Below are positions 52,826 through 64,000 of a stretch of DNA of 64,000 nt, in pieces (within the stretch, counting starts at the first letter, position 1; each line of letters begins with the position of its first letter). This DNA is from Camelus ferus (lineage: Eukaryota): the NCBI RefSeq assembly GCF_009834535.1, contig NC_045697.1:32800001-32864000 (forward strand), given 5' to 3'. The notes beneath the pieces are model-generated. The model was not told the DNA's origin. It saw nothing but the letters and a program-made list of their open reading frames with translations, and did not search any database. The translations under genes and the position numbers were made by a program.

Positions 52826-53199
52826 CCCTTTCTTTATTGTAACATGTAGGCTGTAAATTCTGTTATATGTGGTTCTAGGGGCTGAAATGAATATCAAGAC
52901 AGATGGTACAGGTAAAAAGTGCCTTAAGAGGAAGTATACCTTTCTCTCTGGTATTTTGAAAACTGCTAAACTCTTATTGCTGTCAGCCTGAGGAATAGCC
53001 AGTAGTGAGGGTGACAGCACTGGAATGCATTGCGTAGCTGCTGCATCAGGCTTTTCTTTATCATTTATAGCAGTTCAGTTGGAATTTTGGAGACTTACGT
53101 ACGAAAATATATTATTATGCTTGTCCATTTTTAGCAGCTGTTTCTCTGCTACCACCCCCAGGGATGCTAGGTTCTTAGTTTTAGGTTAGATCACACCCA

Positions 53200-53308
53200 G
53201 GGAGCGACACTTTTATTGTCTGTTCACTACTGTAGCCCTCATACCTAAAACAGTGCCCGAAATTTAATAAGCATTTGATAAATACTAATGCATCAATGAA
53301 TAAATGAT
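53200..53308 (+). mobile_element. L2 3' end
   Basis: tgtctgttcactactgtagccctcatacctaaaacagtgccc...aatgaataaatga. Confidence 0.75.
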
Positions 53309-53659
53309 ACACTAAAGAGCTAAAATTTAAATCATATATGGATAACTTCTCCCCAGTTTATTTTCCATCATTAAGATTTACCATTGTGGAAGTATGATTT
53401 AATTTCATGTCCTCAATAAGTGCCAATGATTTTATATTATATACCATATATAATAAAATATATAAATATATATATTATATAGTATGTCAGAATAACTTCT
53501 GTACTTGTTATATTAAAAAATTGTCAAACAAACAAAACAGATTTCACTTAGTATTGCCCTTACAAAATATGACACCATTGATGAGGAAGCAAGAATTCTT
53601 TAAGTAAGCAATAATAATGATTTTTTTTGGCAGAATCTGATAGAAAGAAGGGTAAAAGT

Positions 53660-53910
53660 AGGAAGCATTTATTAAATGTCTACTGTATTCTAAGTGCTAT
53701 GTTATCTATTTTGAACTATATAATACTTTTTAATTGCCACAAGCAAAAATCTTCAAAATAATTATTTTATTTCTGTGTTTACATTTAGATAGATAAGGTT
53801 AGGGAGGTTTGTGAGATGCTCAAAGTTACACTTTAAGCAATTTGGTGAGCCAGAATTTGAATCCAGATCTATCTCACTGCAATGCTCAAGAACCTCTTTA
53901 TACTATACTC
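53660..53910 (-). mobile_element. MIR SINE
   Basis: tttattaaatgtctactgt...gctcaaagttacac...gagccagaatttgaatccagatct. Confidence 0.75.
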
Positions 53911-54189
53911 ACCCATATACTTTGCTCCACTTCTTTCTGTTCCACTTCCACTACTTTTTGCATGTCATTCTTTTCTGTCTTGAACGTTATTTATCTTGTA
54001 TCTTCTGTTGAAATCCTACATGCTCTTTGAAATTCAATGTGAAAGCCATCCCTTCTAAGAATCATCCTATTGGCTTACAATAATTCTCATTTTGGATCTA
54101 TTTTAAAGGTAGAGTCAAGGTTTTGTGTGATTTGCAAGAAAAATAGAAGAGCTGCAACTGATACTGTTTTGCAGGAGAAAAGAATCAAC

Positions 54190-56475
54190 AGATAGGAACT
54201 CTGAGATGACCTATCATCTCAGTCTTTAAAGCAACCATTATAACTATGCTTAATAAGATAATAGAAAATACACTGAGTAGAAATGTTGCAAATTTCAGGA
54301 GTGAGCTACCATAATATAAGAAAGAACCAAATAGGAAGTTTAGAACTGAAAATAACAGTGTAGCTGATGTTATCTGTAAGTGTATATGTGTATCTATTAT
54401 GCAAGACTGGTGCTGGTTCAACATTTAAAATCAGTCAGTATATTCGACCACAGGTTGAATAAGTGAATCACAGAATTTTTTAGGGTGGTGCAACGATTCT
54501 GTGTGATACTCTAATGGTGACTGCATGACATCTGCATTGGCAAAAGCTATAAAACTACACAAGATTTTAATGTATGGAAATTTAAACAGGATAAGAAAGA
54601 AAAAAACCTGATTATAAAATTTTCATGTATAAACCATACTTGACAAAATCCAACACTCATTCAAGATTAAAAAAAAAAAAAGAAAACTCAGCAGACTACA
54701 ACTAAAGGATAACTTTCTCAACTTCATAAAGAACATCTACAGAAAGCCTACAACTGACATATTCTGTGGTGAGAAACTAGACACTTTCACCCTGTAATTG
54801 AAAATAAGGAAGATTGGGAAAGTATATGCTCTTTCATCTCTTCTACATTGTACTAGAAATTCTAGCAATAAGGAAATGAAATCAGACAAAATAAAAAATA
54901 AAATATAAACAGATCAGGAAATAAGAAATAAAGTGTGTTTGCTCATAAATGGCATGATGATCTATGTAGAAGCACCCAAAGAACCAACAACATGCTGTAC
55001 TAATAAGAGTACAGGAAGGCTGAAAAATATAAAGTTAAGATACAAAAGCAAATTGCTTTATTTTATACCAGCAATGAACAGCTCAAATTTAAAATGAAAA
55101 AAAAAAAAAAAAGTTTACAATAGCACCAGACAAAATGAAACACTTAGGTATAAAATTAACAAAATATATACAGATTCTTTTTCTTTGGTTATTATTTTAG
55201 TTTTTTAAATTGAAGTGCAATCAGTTACAATGTGTCAATTTCTGGGTACAGCACAATGTCCCAGTCATGCATATACATACATATATTCATTTTCATATTC
55301 TTTTTCATTAAAGATTATTACAGACATTGAATATAGTTCCCTGTGCTATACAGATGAAACTTGTTTTTTTAAATCTATTTTTATATATAGTGGCTAACAT
55401 TTGCTAATCTCAAACTCCCAAATTTATCCTTTCCCATCCCCTTCCCCCCAGTAATTTATTGTAAGATTGTTTACTATGTCTATGAGTTTGTTTCTGTTTT
55501 GTAGATGAGTTCATTAGTGTCCTCTTTTATTCTTTTTTTTTTTTTTTTTTAGATTGCAGATATGAATGATATCGTATGGTATTTTTCTTTCTCTTTCTGG
55601 CTTATTTCACTTAGAATGATGATCTCTAGGTCCACCCATGTTGCTGCAAATGGCATTATTGTATTCCATCTTATGGCTGAGTAGTATTCGATTGTATAAA
55701 TATACCACAATTTCTTTATCCAGTCATCTGTTGATGGACATTTAGGTTGTTTCCATGGCTTGGCTATTGTACATATTGTTGCTATGAACATTGGCATGCA
55801 GGCATCTTTCCAAAATATAGTTCACTTCAGAGATATGCCCAGGAGTAGGATTGTTGGATTATATGCTAAGACTATTTTTAGTCTTTTGAGGAATCTCCAT
55901 ACTGTTTTCCATAATGGCTGCAACAGAGTCTTTATACAGAAAAATATAAAACTAATGCAATAAATCAGATATCTACATTAATGGAAAGAATTTCATGTTT
56001 ATGGATTGGAAGACTCAATATTGTTAAGATAGATACCAGTTCTTCTCAATATGTGGTCTCTGTCCCCAAAACACATAACTCAGTTATACCATGAGAAAAA
56101 AACCGCACAACTCCAATAGAGGGGCATTCTGTAGAATTCCTGAAGGAATCCTCAAAACTGGCAAGATCAACAAAAACAAAGTAAGTTTTGAAACTATCAC
56201 AGCCATCAGGAGCCTAAATTTAATGTGATATATCGATAGGGTTCTGAAACAGAAAAAGGATAATAGATAAATGCCTAAAACATATGAATAAAGTGTGAAC
56301 TTTAGCTAGCAACAGTATACCAATATCAGTTTATTCCTTATGTCAAATGTATCATACTAATGTAAGACATTAATAACAGGGGAAGAAGTGTAGGGTATAT
56401 AGCAATTCTCTATGCTATTTTTATTATTTTCTGTAAATCTAAAACTTTTAAAATAAAACGTTTATTTTAAAAAAC
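54190..56475 (+). mobile_element. Fragmented L1MC/MD-type element (ORF1 and ORF2 pieces plus 3' UTR), host of a younger L1
   Basis: tgacaaaatccaacactcattc, atgatgatctatgtagaa and catgtttatggattggaagactcaatattgttaagat are ORF2; 3' UTR ends ctgtaaatctaaaact...tttattttaaaaaa. Confidence 0.8.
55181..55922 (-). mobile_element. Young lineage-specific L1 3' end (ORF2 C-terminus plus 3' UTR)
   Basis: ORF 55549-55797 encodes PMFIA...WKQPKCPSTDDWIKKLWYIYTIEYYSAI...MPFAATW; TSD acagattcttt (55170-55180) / acagagtcttt (55923-55933). Confidence 0.92.
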
Positions 56476-57164
56476 CCTTCAGATATATTACCCTCTTATT
56501 TCAATTACATGGTTGCTTTAATCTTATTTACTAAAATTGTACCCATAATTTTGACTGCACTTGCATATTTTCAGCTCCTAATCCATGCATTTACAAACCA
56601 TTGTTAAAACTTGAATTAATTTTGTAGGTTTTATCTCATCCATTACACATCATTTGTTTGTACTATTGCTGTCAGAGTGTGATTATATTTCCAGTTTCTG
56701 GAGATTGATTACTTCCTCTCTGTCCGTTAAATAATATTTGTACTAATATTGTATGTCATTGTCTGAATACTGAAGGAAAAATGTAGGAAATATTTCAATT
56801 TGCTATTTTTATTTTAGACAAACTAGTTTTTGCTAGAGGATTCTTTCTAAGTTGTCTACATAGCATAGCTATCCCATCAGAATGCAAATTAAGCACTTTT
56901 GTGTAAAGTCTAAGGAAGGCAATCTGATAATACTTGAGGAATCAGAGATACTGTTTGCAGAAATCTAACATTCAGGAATTTATGTTAGTTAAGTGGTAAT
57001 GAGATGATTAAGCTTAACCAACTTACCTTGACTTTCATTATTTCCCCAATATACTAGGACAAAGAAATGGACTATTTTGACTCAGTGAGCTTTGAGTTTC
57101 CATGTGGTTATAAAAATCTTTGATTTTATGGATCACTGAATGATGAGGCATGCTCTTGCACAAT

Positions 57165-57531
57165 GCATCAATTAGTAATACTTTCAGAAGCAAATGACAG
57201 AAAAAACAAACTTGCTTAATCAGTTAGAAGTTCAGAAGTCACAAAGCAAATGGTATTAGGGAGCTCTAATTGGAGTGGTTCTTCATTAGCTGGAGACCAC
57301 TTACGTAGATCCAAGGCAGAAAGCAGGGGATTTCCCAGAAAGAGAAAAGTGAAGTTTTTCCGAAACATTCCGTAGCATATTTACACTTGACATCTCATTG
57401 GTATAATTGGTAAAATTCATTTTTAATTACAAAGAAGGTTGGTAAAATGATGATTCTAGCCTGTATATTGGAGGTGGAAAAAGCAGAATTCTCACTGAAA
57501 TGATTAACCAGCAATATTTTCAAAAGGCACA
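57165..57531 (-). mobile_element. Old MaLR LTR (MLT1J-like)
   Basis: ctttcagaagcaaatgacagaaaa...catctcattggtataattgg. Confidence 0.55.
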
Positions 57532-57889
57532 AAAGAATGAAGCTATAATACACATGATAAATAAATATATTTAAATGTGTCTTTTAACAACTTAGTTTTC
57601 ACATTTAGGATAAATCTTGAAGCAAATATAGCTTATTTTGAAATCTAACTTTAGTGGTAATGTCATTTGTTAGTATTATTAATAATCATTTGGCAGTAAA
57701 TATTAATGTCATATATTAACTTGCCTTATAAGTAACTGAAAGTATATTTCCACACTTAGGAAGAAATTATTTATTAATCAGTTGGAATAGTTGATAATAA
57801 TATTAAAAGTAATACCCTTTATTGTAGAATCTTTTGTGTGGAAAACACATTTTTACAGTGTGTGTATAGGTAGGGGTGTGCCTATGTGT

Positions 57890-58055
57890 AAATTTACATA
57901 ACCCCTGCAACAACCCTAAAAGACAAATACCATTATCCCTATTTTATGTATTACAGAACTCATGTTTAAAATGATTGATTATGTGTTTTAAGATCCCATA
58001 ATTAAAAGTGGAATAACTATTCAGTTCCAGGGCTATGTGACTGAAAGACCATATA
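57890..58055 (-). mobile_element. MIR fragment
   Basis: caacaaccctaa...ccattatccctatttta...ccagggctatgtgact. Confidence 0.6.
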
Positions 58056-59139
58056 ATAAAATATATATACAAAAATCTCCCAAAATTGGATACTAGGAGA
58101 AATTTTGTTTTGTCCTCTAACTCCTTATTTTGTGTCAATTATTTCTATGTAAATAGTTTTGTGTCATGTACACAAGATTCACTCAGAAAACATTTGACAG
58201 TAAAAATAAAATGCACGATTGACAACAGTAAGAGCAACTCCATTGAAGAAAAAATAAAAGGAAATCATCTCTTACTACAAAATAGATAATTTTAGAAAAA
58301 TCAGTGGTTGTAAATGGCTTATTTATTTTAACATAACAACAGCTAGAAAATATACTATAGAAAATGATTACTTCTTATCATGCCTGAAGGTTGTGTTGTC
58401 AACAGTTTTTTTTAATTTTTCAAGATCTGGTTTTCTGCTGGCAGTTCAAAAAAAGATAATTTAAAAAACAGTTTCACTTCCTTCCCTTTAGTTTACAATA
58501 CATAATTTAGAATGATTTCCTATGGTATATACTGCTGGCAACTTAATAATCCAGAGATAAACTGTTAATTCATGGAGTTGTTAGATACATTTTCTGTGAT
58601 TTAATTTCAATAAAAATAATAGTGTGTGCCAGATGTTGTAAGGCAGAAAACTGCCAAAAACCAGTGGAGGAGAGAATGTTTGTAATGATTTCCCTTGACA
58701 GGTCATGTTGAGCATCTGAAAATTCTGTAAGAAAAATAGGAATCCAGGATAGAACCTGTCCTGACAAAATGTGACAGGAATTCTCTTTGAAAGGATTGCA
58801 AAGGCCTTTAAATAAGTCATAACTAAGTATTGAGTAAGGAGCTTTTCTTGGGAAGTAAACAATGCATATGGGTAAATATTTGAAGAAAGAGCACACGTTA
58901 TTAAGTCTCTACAAGTGGAACTTTAAAGCAAAGGGGCTATGTCCAAAGTGCACATTCAAAATAGAAATATTTTACGTAATGAATTGTGTTTTCTTTTTTT
59001 AAACCTCTTTCAGCATGCCCAATTAATGTTTCTTTCCTTCAAAGAAGCAATTTATGTGCATACAAAAATGCCTTTTCCATAGGGTCAATATTTTTGATTT
59101 ACCAGGAATGAAAACAGGTTTAGCTTGCTTATTTAAAAT

Positions 59140-61885
59140 GCCTTTCCACCAAGAGTGTAAGGGTTCCCTTTTTTCCACATCCTTGCTAAAACTTGTCATC
59201 TTTTGTCTTTTTTATAATAGCCATTCTAACAGGTCTGAGGTGATACCTCATTGTGGTTTTGATTTGCATTTCCATGATAATTTGTGACCTTGAATACCTT
59301 TTCATGTGTGTGTTGGTCTTTGTATGCTTTCTTTTGAGAAATGTCTATACAGGTCCTTTACCCATTTTTAATAGTGTTATTTATTTATGTATTTATTTAT
59401 GCTGAATTGTATGAGTCCGTTATATATTTTGAATGTTAATTTCTTCTCAAATATTTGATTTGTAACTATTTTCTCCCACTGCATAGATTGCTTTTTCACT
59501 CTGTGATTGTTTCCTTTATTGTGCAGAAACTTTTTAGTTTAATGCAATACCATTTGTCTATATTTGCTTTCATTGTCTGTGCTTTTGGTGTCAGATTGAA
59601 AAAAATGTTGCCAATATCAGTGTCAAGAGGTTTTTCTCTGTTTTCTTCTAGTAGTTTTATAGTTCCAGGTCTTACATTTAAGTCTTTAAACCCATTTTGA
59701 ATTAATTTTTGTATATGGTGTGAGATAAGCATTCAGTTTTATTCTGCAGGTGTATATGCAGGTTTCCAACACTAGTTATTGAAGAGACTATCCACTCTTT
59801 ATTGTGTGTTCTTGGGTCCCTTGTGGAAGATCAATTGACCATACATGTGTGAATTTATTTCTGGGCTTTCTATTTTGTTCCATTGATTGTATGTCTGTCT
59901 TGATTACTATTTTGATTATTGTTGCTTTGTAATAAAGTTTGAAATCAGGAAGTGTGATGCCTTCAACTTTGTTCTTCTTGCTCAGGATTGGTTGGGTCTT
60001 CAGGGTCTTTTATAGTTCATTAAGAATTTTAGAGATTTTATTCTTTTTCTATTAAAAATGCCATTTTGATTTTGATAGAGATTGCACTGAATCTGTAGAT
60101 TGCTTTAGATAGTATGAATATTTGAACAATATTAATTCTTCTAATCCCTGAATATTGGCTATCTTTTTTTAATTTGTCTTGTGTGTTTAATTTTTTTCAT
60201 CAATATTTTAAGGTTTTCAGTATAAAGTCTTTCACTCCTTAGTTAAGTTTATCCTAAGTATTTTTTAATGGGATTGCTTTCCTAATTAATTTTTGAGATA
60301 GTTGTTAGTGTATTGAAACACAGTTGATTTTGTATGTTTGTTGTGTATTCTACAACTCTATGAAATTTGTTTATTAGGTTAAGGATTTTTCTTTAATAGA
60401 GCCTTTAGGGTTTTCTATATATAACATCATCTGGAAACAGGGACAACTTTAGTTGATCCTTTCCAATTTGGATACCTTTTATTTCTTTTTCTGCCTAATT
60501 GCATTGGCTATGACTTCCAATACTATGTTGAATAAAAGTGGCTAGAGGACCCTTTTCTTGTTCCTGGTCTTAGAGGAAAAGTTTTCAGTTTTTCACTACT
60601 GAGTATAATGTTTGCTGTGGACTTCCCATATATGGCCTTTAATATGTGGTTGTAATTTTTTTTTTTTTCTATTTCTAGTTTGTTGAAAGCTTTTGTCATG
60701 AAAAGATGTTGAATTCTGTCTCACACTTTTGCTGTATCTTTTGAGATATTCATATGATTCTTATTCTTTATTCTGTTAATACGGCATACTACATTGATTG
60801 ATTTATATATGTTGAACTATTTCTGTATCCCAGGGATAAATTCTGCGTGGTCAGGGTATATAATCCTTTTAGTGTGCTGTGAAATTTGGGTGCTAGTATT
60901 TTATTGAGAATTTTTACATTTATGTTCATCAGTGATACTGGTCTATAGTTTTCTGTTGGGGCTTTTGGCTTGGTCAGGATGATGCTGGACTTATAAAACT
61001 TGTAAAAGTTTGGCAGGATCCCTCCTCTTTTGTTTTTTGGAAGAATTTAAGAAGAGTTGATGTCAATTCTTGTTTGAATGTTTGGTAGAATTCACCCATG
61101 AAGCCCTCTGGTCCTGGACTTTTCTATGATAAGTTTTTGATTACTGATAATTAAATATCCTTACTTATTATTGGCCTGTTCATACTTTTTATTTCTTCTT
61201 GTACAGTTTTGGTAGGTTGTATGTTTCTAGGAATTATCCATTTCTGTGAAGTTACCCAGTTTGTTAGTATATAATTGATTATAATAACCCTCATGCTTCT
61301 TTTTATTTCTGAGACATTTGTTGTAATGCCTCCTCTTTCATTTCTGATTTTATTTATTTGAATCATCTCTCTTTTCTCTCTTGTAGTCTAATGAGAGATT
61401 TGTTGATTTTGTTTATCTTCTCAAAAAAAAAAAACCCACCCAATTTTGTTAAAATTTTTCTATTGTTTTTTATTTCTATTTCACTTATTTATGCTCTACC
61501 CTTTATTATTTCCTTTCTTCAGCTAATTTGGGCTTACTCAATTCTTCTTTTTCTAGTTCTTGAAGCATTAAGTTAGTTTGTTTATATGAGATCTTTCTTT
61601 TTTTAATGTAAGCATTTATTTTTGTGAACTTCTCTTTTAGTACTTTTAGTACTAAAACTTCTCTTTTAGTATCCCATAAGTTTTGGTATATTGTTTTTAT
61701 TTTCATATGTCTCATTATATTTTTTAAATTCTTTTAAATTTTCTTTTACCTAATGCTTGTATAAGAATGTATTATTTCATTTGTATTATTTGTGAATGTT
61801 TGTTTGTTTGTTTGTTTATACTGTTCTTGATTTCTAATATCATTCTATTGTTTTAAAAAAAAGGACTTGGTATGATTTTAATCTT
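59140..61885 (-). mobile_element. LINE-1 ORF2 relic (endonuclease linker to C-domain), lacking the 3' UTR
   Basis: ORF track peptides TIYQNLWD, IQINKIRNERGGITT, KDLNVRPGTIKLLEEN; RT motif mutated to FPDD near 60430. Confidence 0.93.
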
Positions 61886-62048
61886 CTCTCTCCTGTCTTT
61901 TCTTAGAAAAACATGAATCTCATTCATTAGGGCTCCATTCTCATGACATATTTACATACCAAAGGTCTGATCTCTAAATATCATCATATTGGGGATGAAG
62001 GCTTTAACATATAACTTTTGGGAGGACACAGACTTTCAGTCCATTAAG
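61886..62048 (-). mobile_element. MLT1A-type LTR half
   Basis: gggctccattctcatgac...tctctaaatatcatcatattggggatg...tttgggaggacacagactttcagtccat. Confidence 0.8.
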
Positions 62049-62257
62049 TGCCTCATTCCCATTTGTGAAAACAGTGCCTGAAAATTGCTAATAAGGTCTC
62101 TTTTTAGAATTGTCAAGCATTTTCTCTGAAATTGATTCTCATCACTAAATGAGCAATTCCACTTTTAAACCTAATATGGTGTGAACTCATGTTTCCAACC
62201 TTTAAATAGAGAGCTCAAGGTACTGTAGAAAATAATGTGGTCATTGTATTTGGTAGT

Positions 62258-62663
62258 TGTAATGAAAAGTCTGATTCATTTTTTGATGTTTGACTGCTGA
62301 CAGCTTTCAAGCCACCAATTTCCTCTTTTCTGTATCCCCCACTTCTGGGCAAGCTGATAGGAAAGTACAAGTTATCTCTCCTTTTAATGACAGGAAATTC
62401 GTATCTTGTGAGTCTAGGTCCATGCAGGAACTCTCATCATGCCCCACTCACCATATACCATTAAAAAACCCAAATCACTCTCCTTTTGATCCCCCAAGTC
62501 CTTTTCAGACCTGCTTGGGAAGCCTGCTCTGCTCTCCCAGAAATCCTCATACGTGTTAACAAACCTTTCATACTCTGTGTGTGTGTGTGCAGCATCTTTA
62601 GTCTCAACATTTGAAACACATTTTGGAGGAGTGGGTCAATCTGAAATTTGTCAGGTGACTACA
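62258..62663 (+). mobile_element. ERV1 solo LTR (MER90-like)
   Basis: TG...CA ends; ttttgatgtttgactgctgacagctttcaagcc...ctgggcaagctgata...gacctgcttgggaagcctgc; family name from memory. Confidence 0.7.
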
Positions 62664-63007
62664 ATGATAGCAAATAAAGAGTGTATAAATCCTTTGACTA
62701 ACTCTGCTTTTGTTTTTCTGAAATAATTCATATTATGTTATCAAAAGATTCAATACAGTGCAGAGAAGCAAACTAAGTTTTGGATAACTTTCAATGAAGC
62801 ACAGTAATGTTCAGTAATCATCTCTGAGTTTTATAGCACATTCTCCTTAATCCAAAATGTCAGCAATCTATTATATATTTTTAAGTATTATGATTCTTTT
62901 AAAGACTATCTATCTTGGAAACTAGCTTTTTAAGTTTGAGATCATTGTCTTGATTTTTTTTTAGTACCCCTCTCACTATAGTTTGTTTATATTTCAGTGG
63001 CTTCAAA

Positions 63008-63165
63008 ATATATATATTTGTATGTATTACATATATATGCATATGTAATATATATACACATATGTATGTATACACTGTATACACATATAATGTTATATTT
63101 AATTATTATATGTTATATACATATAATTTATTATACATGTTTTATTTTTATATAATTATATATGA
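63008..63165. repeat. Degenerate (TA)/(CA) low-complexity tract
   Basis: Direct reading. Confidence 0.85.
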
Positions 63166-63179
63166 AATATGAAGTTTTC

Positions 63180-63600
63180 CCAGCAACTCCTCTTAGTATA
63201 TCAGGGGCATATTCGACACATCTAAAACTCTATCCCATGTACTTTGTCTATTGGTTCACAATTATTAAATGGTAACTATCCATGCATCTGCGTAGACCTG
63301 AAGATTAAGAGTTATTCATCTTTGTCTTGGTCCTTGACCAATATATTTCAGTGTCCTACGCATTTTACTTCCTAAACATATTGGTATTGTCCATCTCCCT
63401 AGTTTATTTGTGCAGTATATCTTACCTGTACCACTATCAAGATTATTCCTATATGTAGTTTTGTCTTTCTCTAATATATTAGTGAAATTGTATCTAGGTT
63501 TTAATTAAAAATAAAAATTAAAAATACAATTTGATTAGTCTATTCTCCTGATTGAAATCTTATAATACATTATTGCATCAGATCTCTTTACAAATGAAAA
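63180..63600 (+). mobile_element. L2 internal fragment
   Basis: aaatggtaactatccat...ttttacttcctaaacatat...gtccatctcc. Confidence 0.55.
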
Positions 63601-64000
63601 ATATAAACAAAATAACACCAGTTAAAATAAATTTTGGTTAATTTAAAAATTAAAATCACAGCTGAGCAGAGATATAACAGTGCCAACAGGACCTAGCTAT
63701 TCTCCAACTTTTTGCTCTTTTTTTTTCTCTTCCTGTAGCTTCATCCTCATATTTACATGTGCAAGATTGCTATGGCAGCTCAAACTTATATTTCTGTGTG
63801 TTCAAATCAGAATAAATGGAAAAAAAAATCTGCTTTCTAAGGGTGGAAGTGAAAGGTGGAGCTTTGATGGGTATGATTGATTTGCCAAGAGGATATCTCA
63901 TGCCTAGTTCAAGAGAATGAAGTCAGCAGAGCCTTGTGAATTGATAAAGGGGATTCATAGATAAAAACTGGGCCCATTGCCAGAGTTGTTAAGAAATAAT

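Noticed and set aside
1..64000. CRISPR array, prokaryotic operon, numt or foreign insert
   Set aside because: No regularly spaced repeats, no dense long ORFs, no mitochondrial-like sequence, and no compositional block suggesting non-mammalian origin.

Overview
AT-rich, CpG-depleted mammalian non-coding DNA (gene desert or deep intron). Two tRNA-derived SINEs matching the camelid Vic-1 family point to an alpaca/llama/camel genome. A large part of the window is transposon relics of several ages: ancient MIR, L2, Tigger and MER5; eutherian L1MC/MD/ME, MLT1/MLT2 and LTR16; ERV1 solo LTRs; and younger lineage-specific L1 3' ends and SINEs with readable target-site duplications (TSDs). I recognise no intact protein-coding gene, rRNA, functional tRNA or CRISPR array. 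The only ORFs with recognisable products are broken L1 ORF2 pieces. I found no evidence for a new multi-gene system. The points worth checking are candidate splice-site pairs (possible lncRNA exons or microexons), repeat-free motif-rich islands (possible enhancers), a CpG-retaining tRNA-like fragment, and several rearrangement or repair scars. Repeat family names come from my memory of consensus sequences, not a database search. Boundaries are approximate (tens of bp) unless a TSD is quoted.
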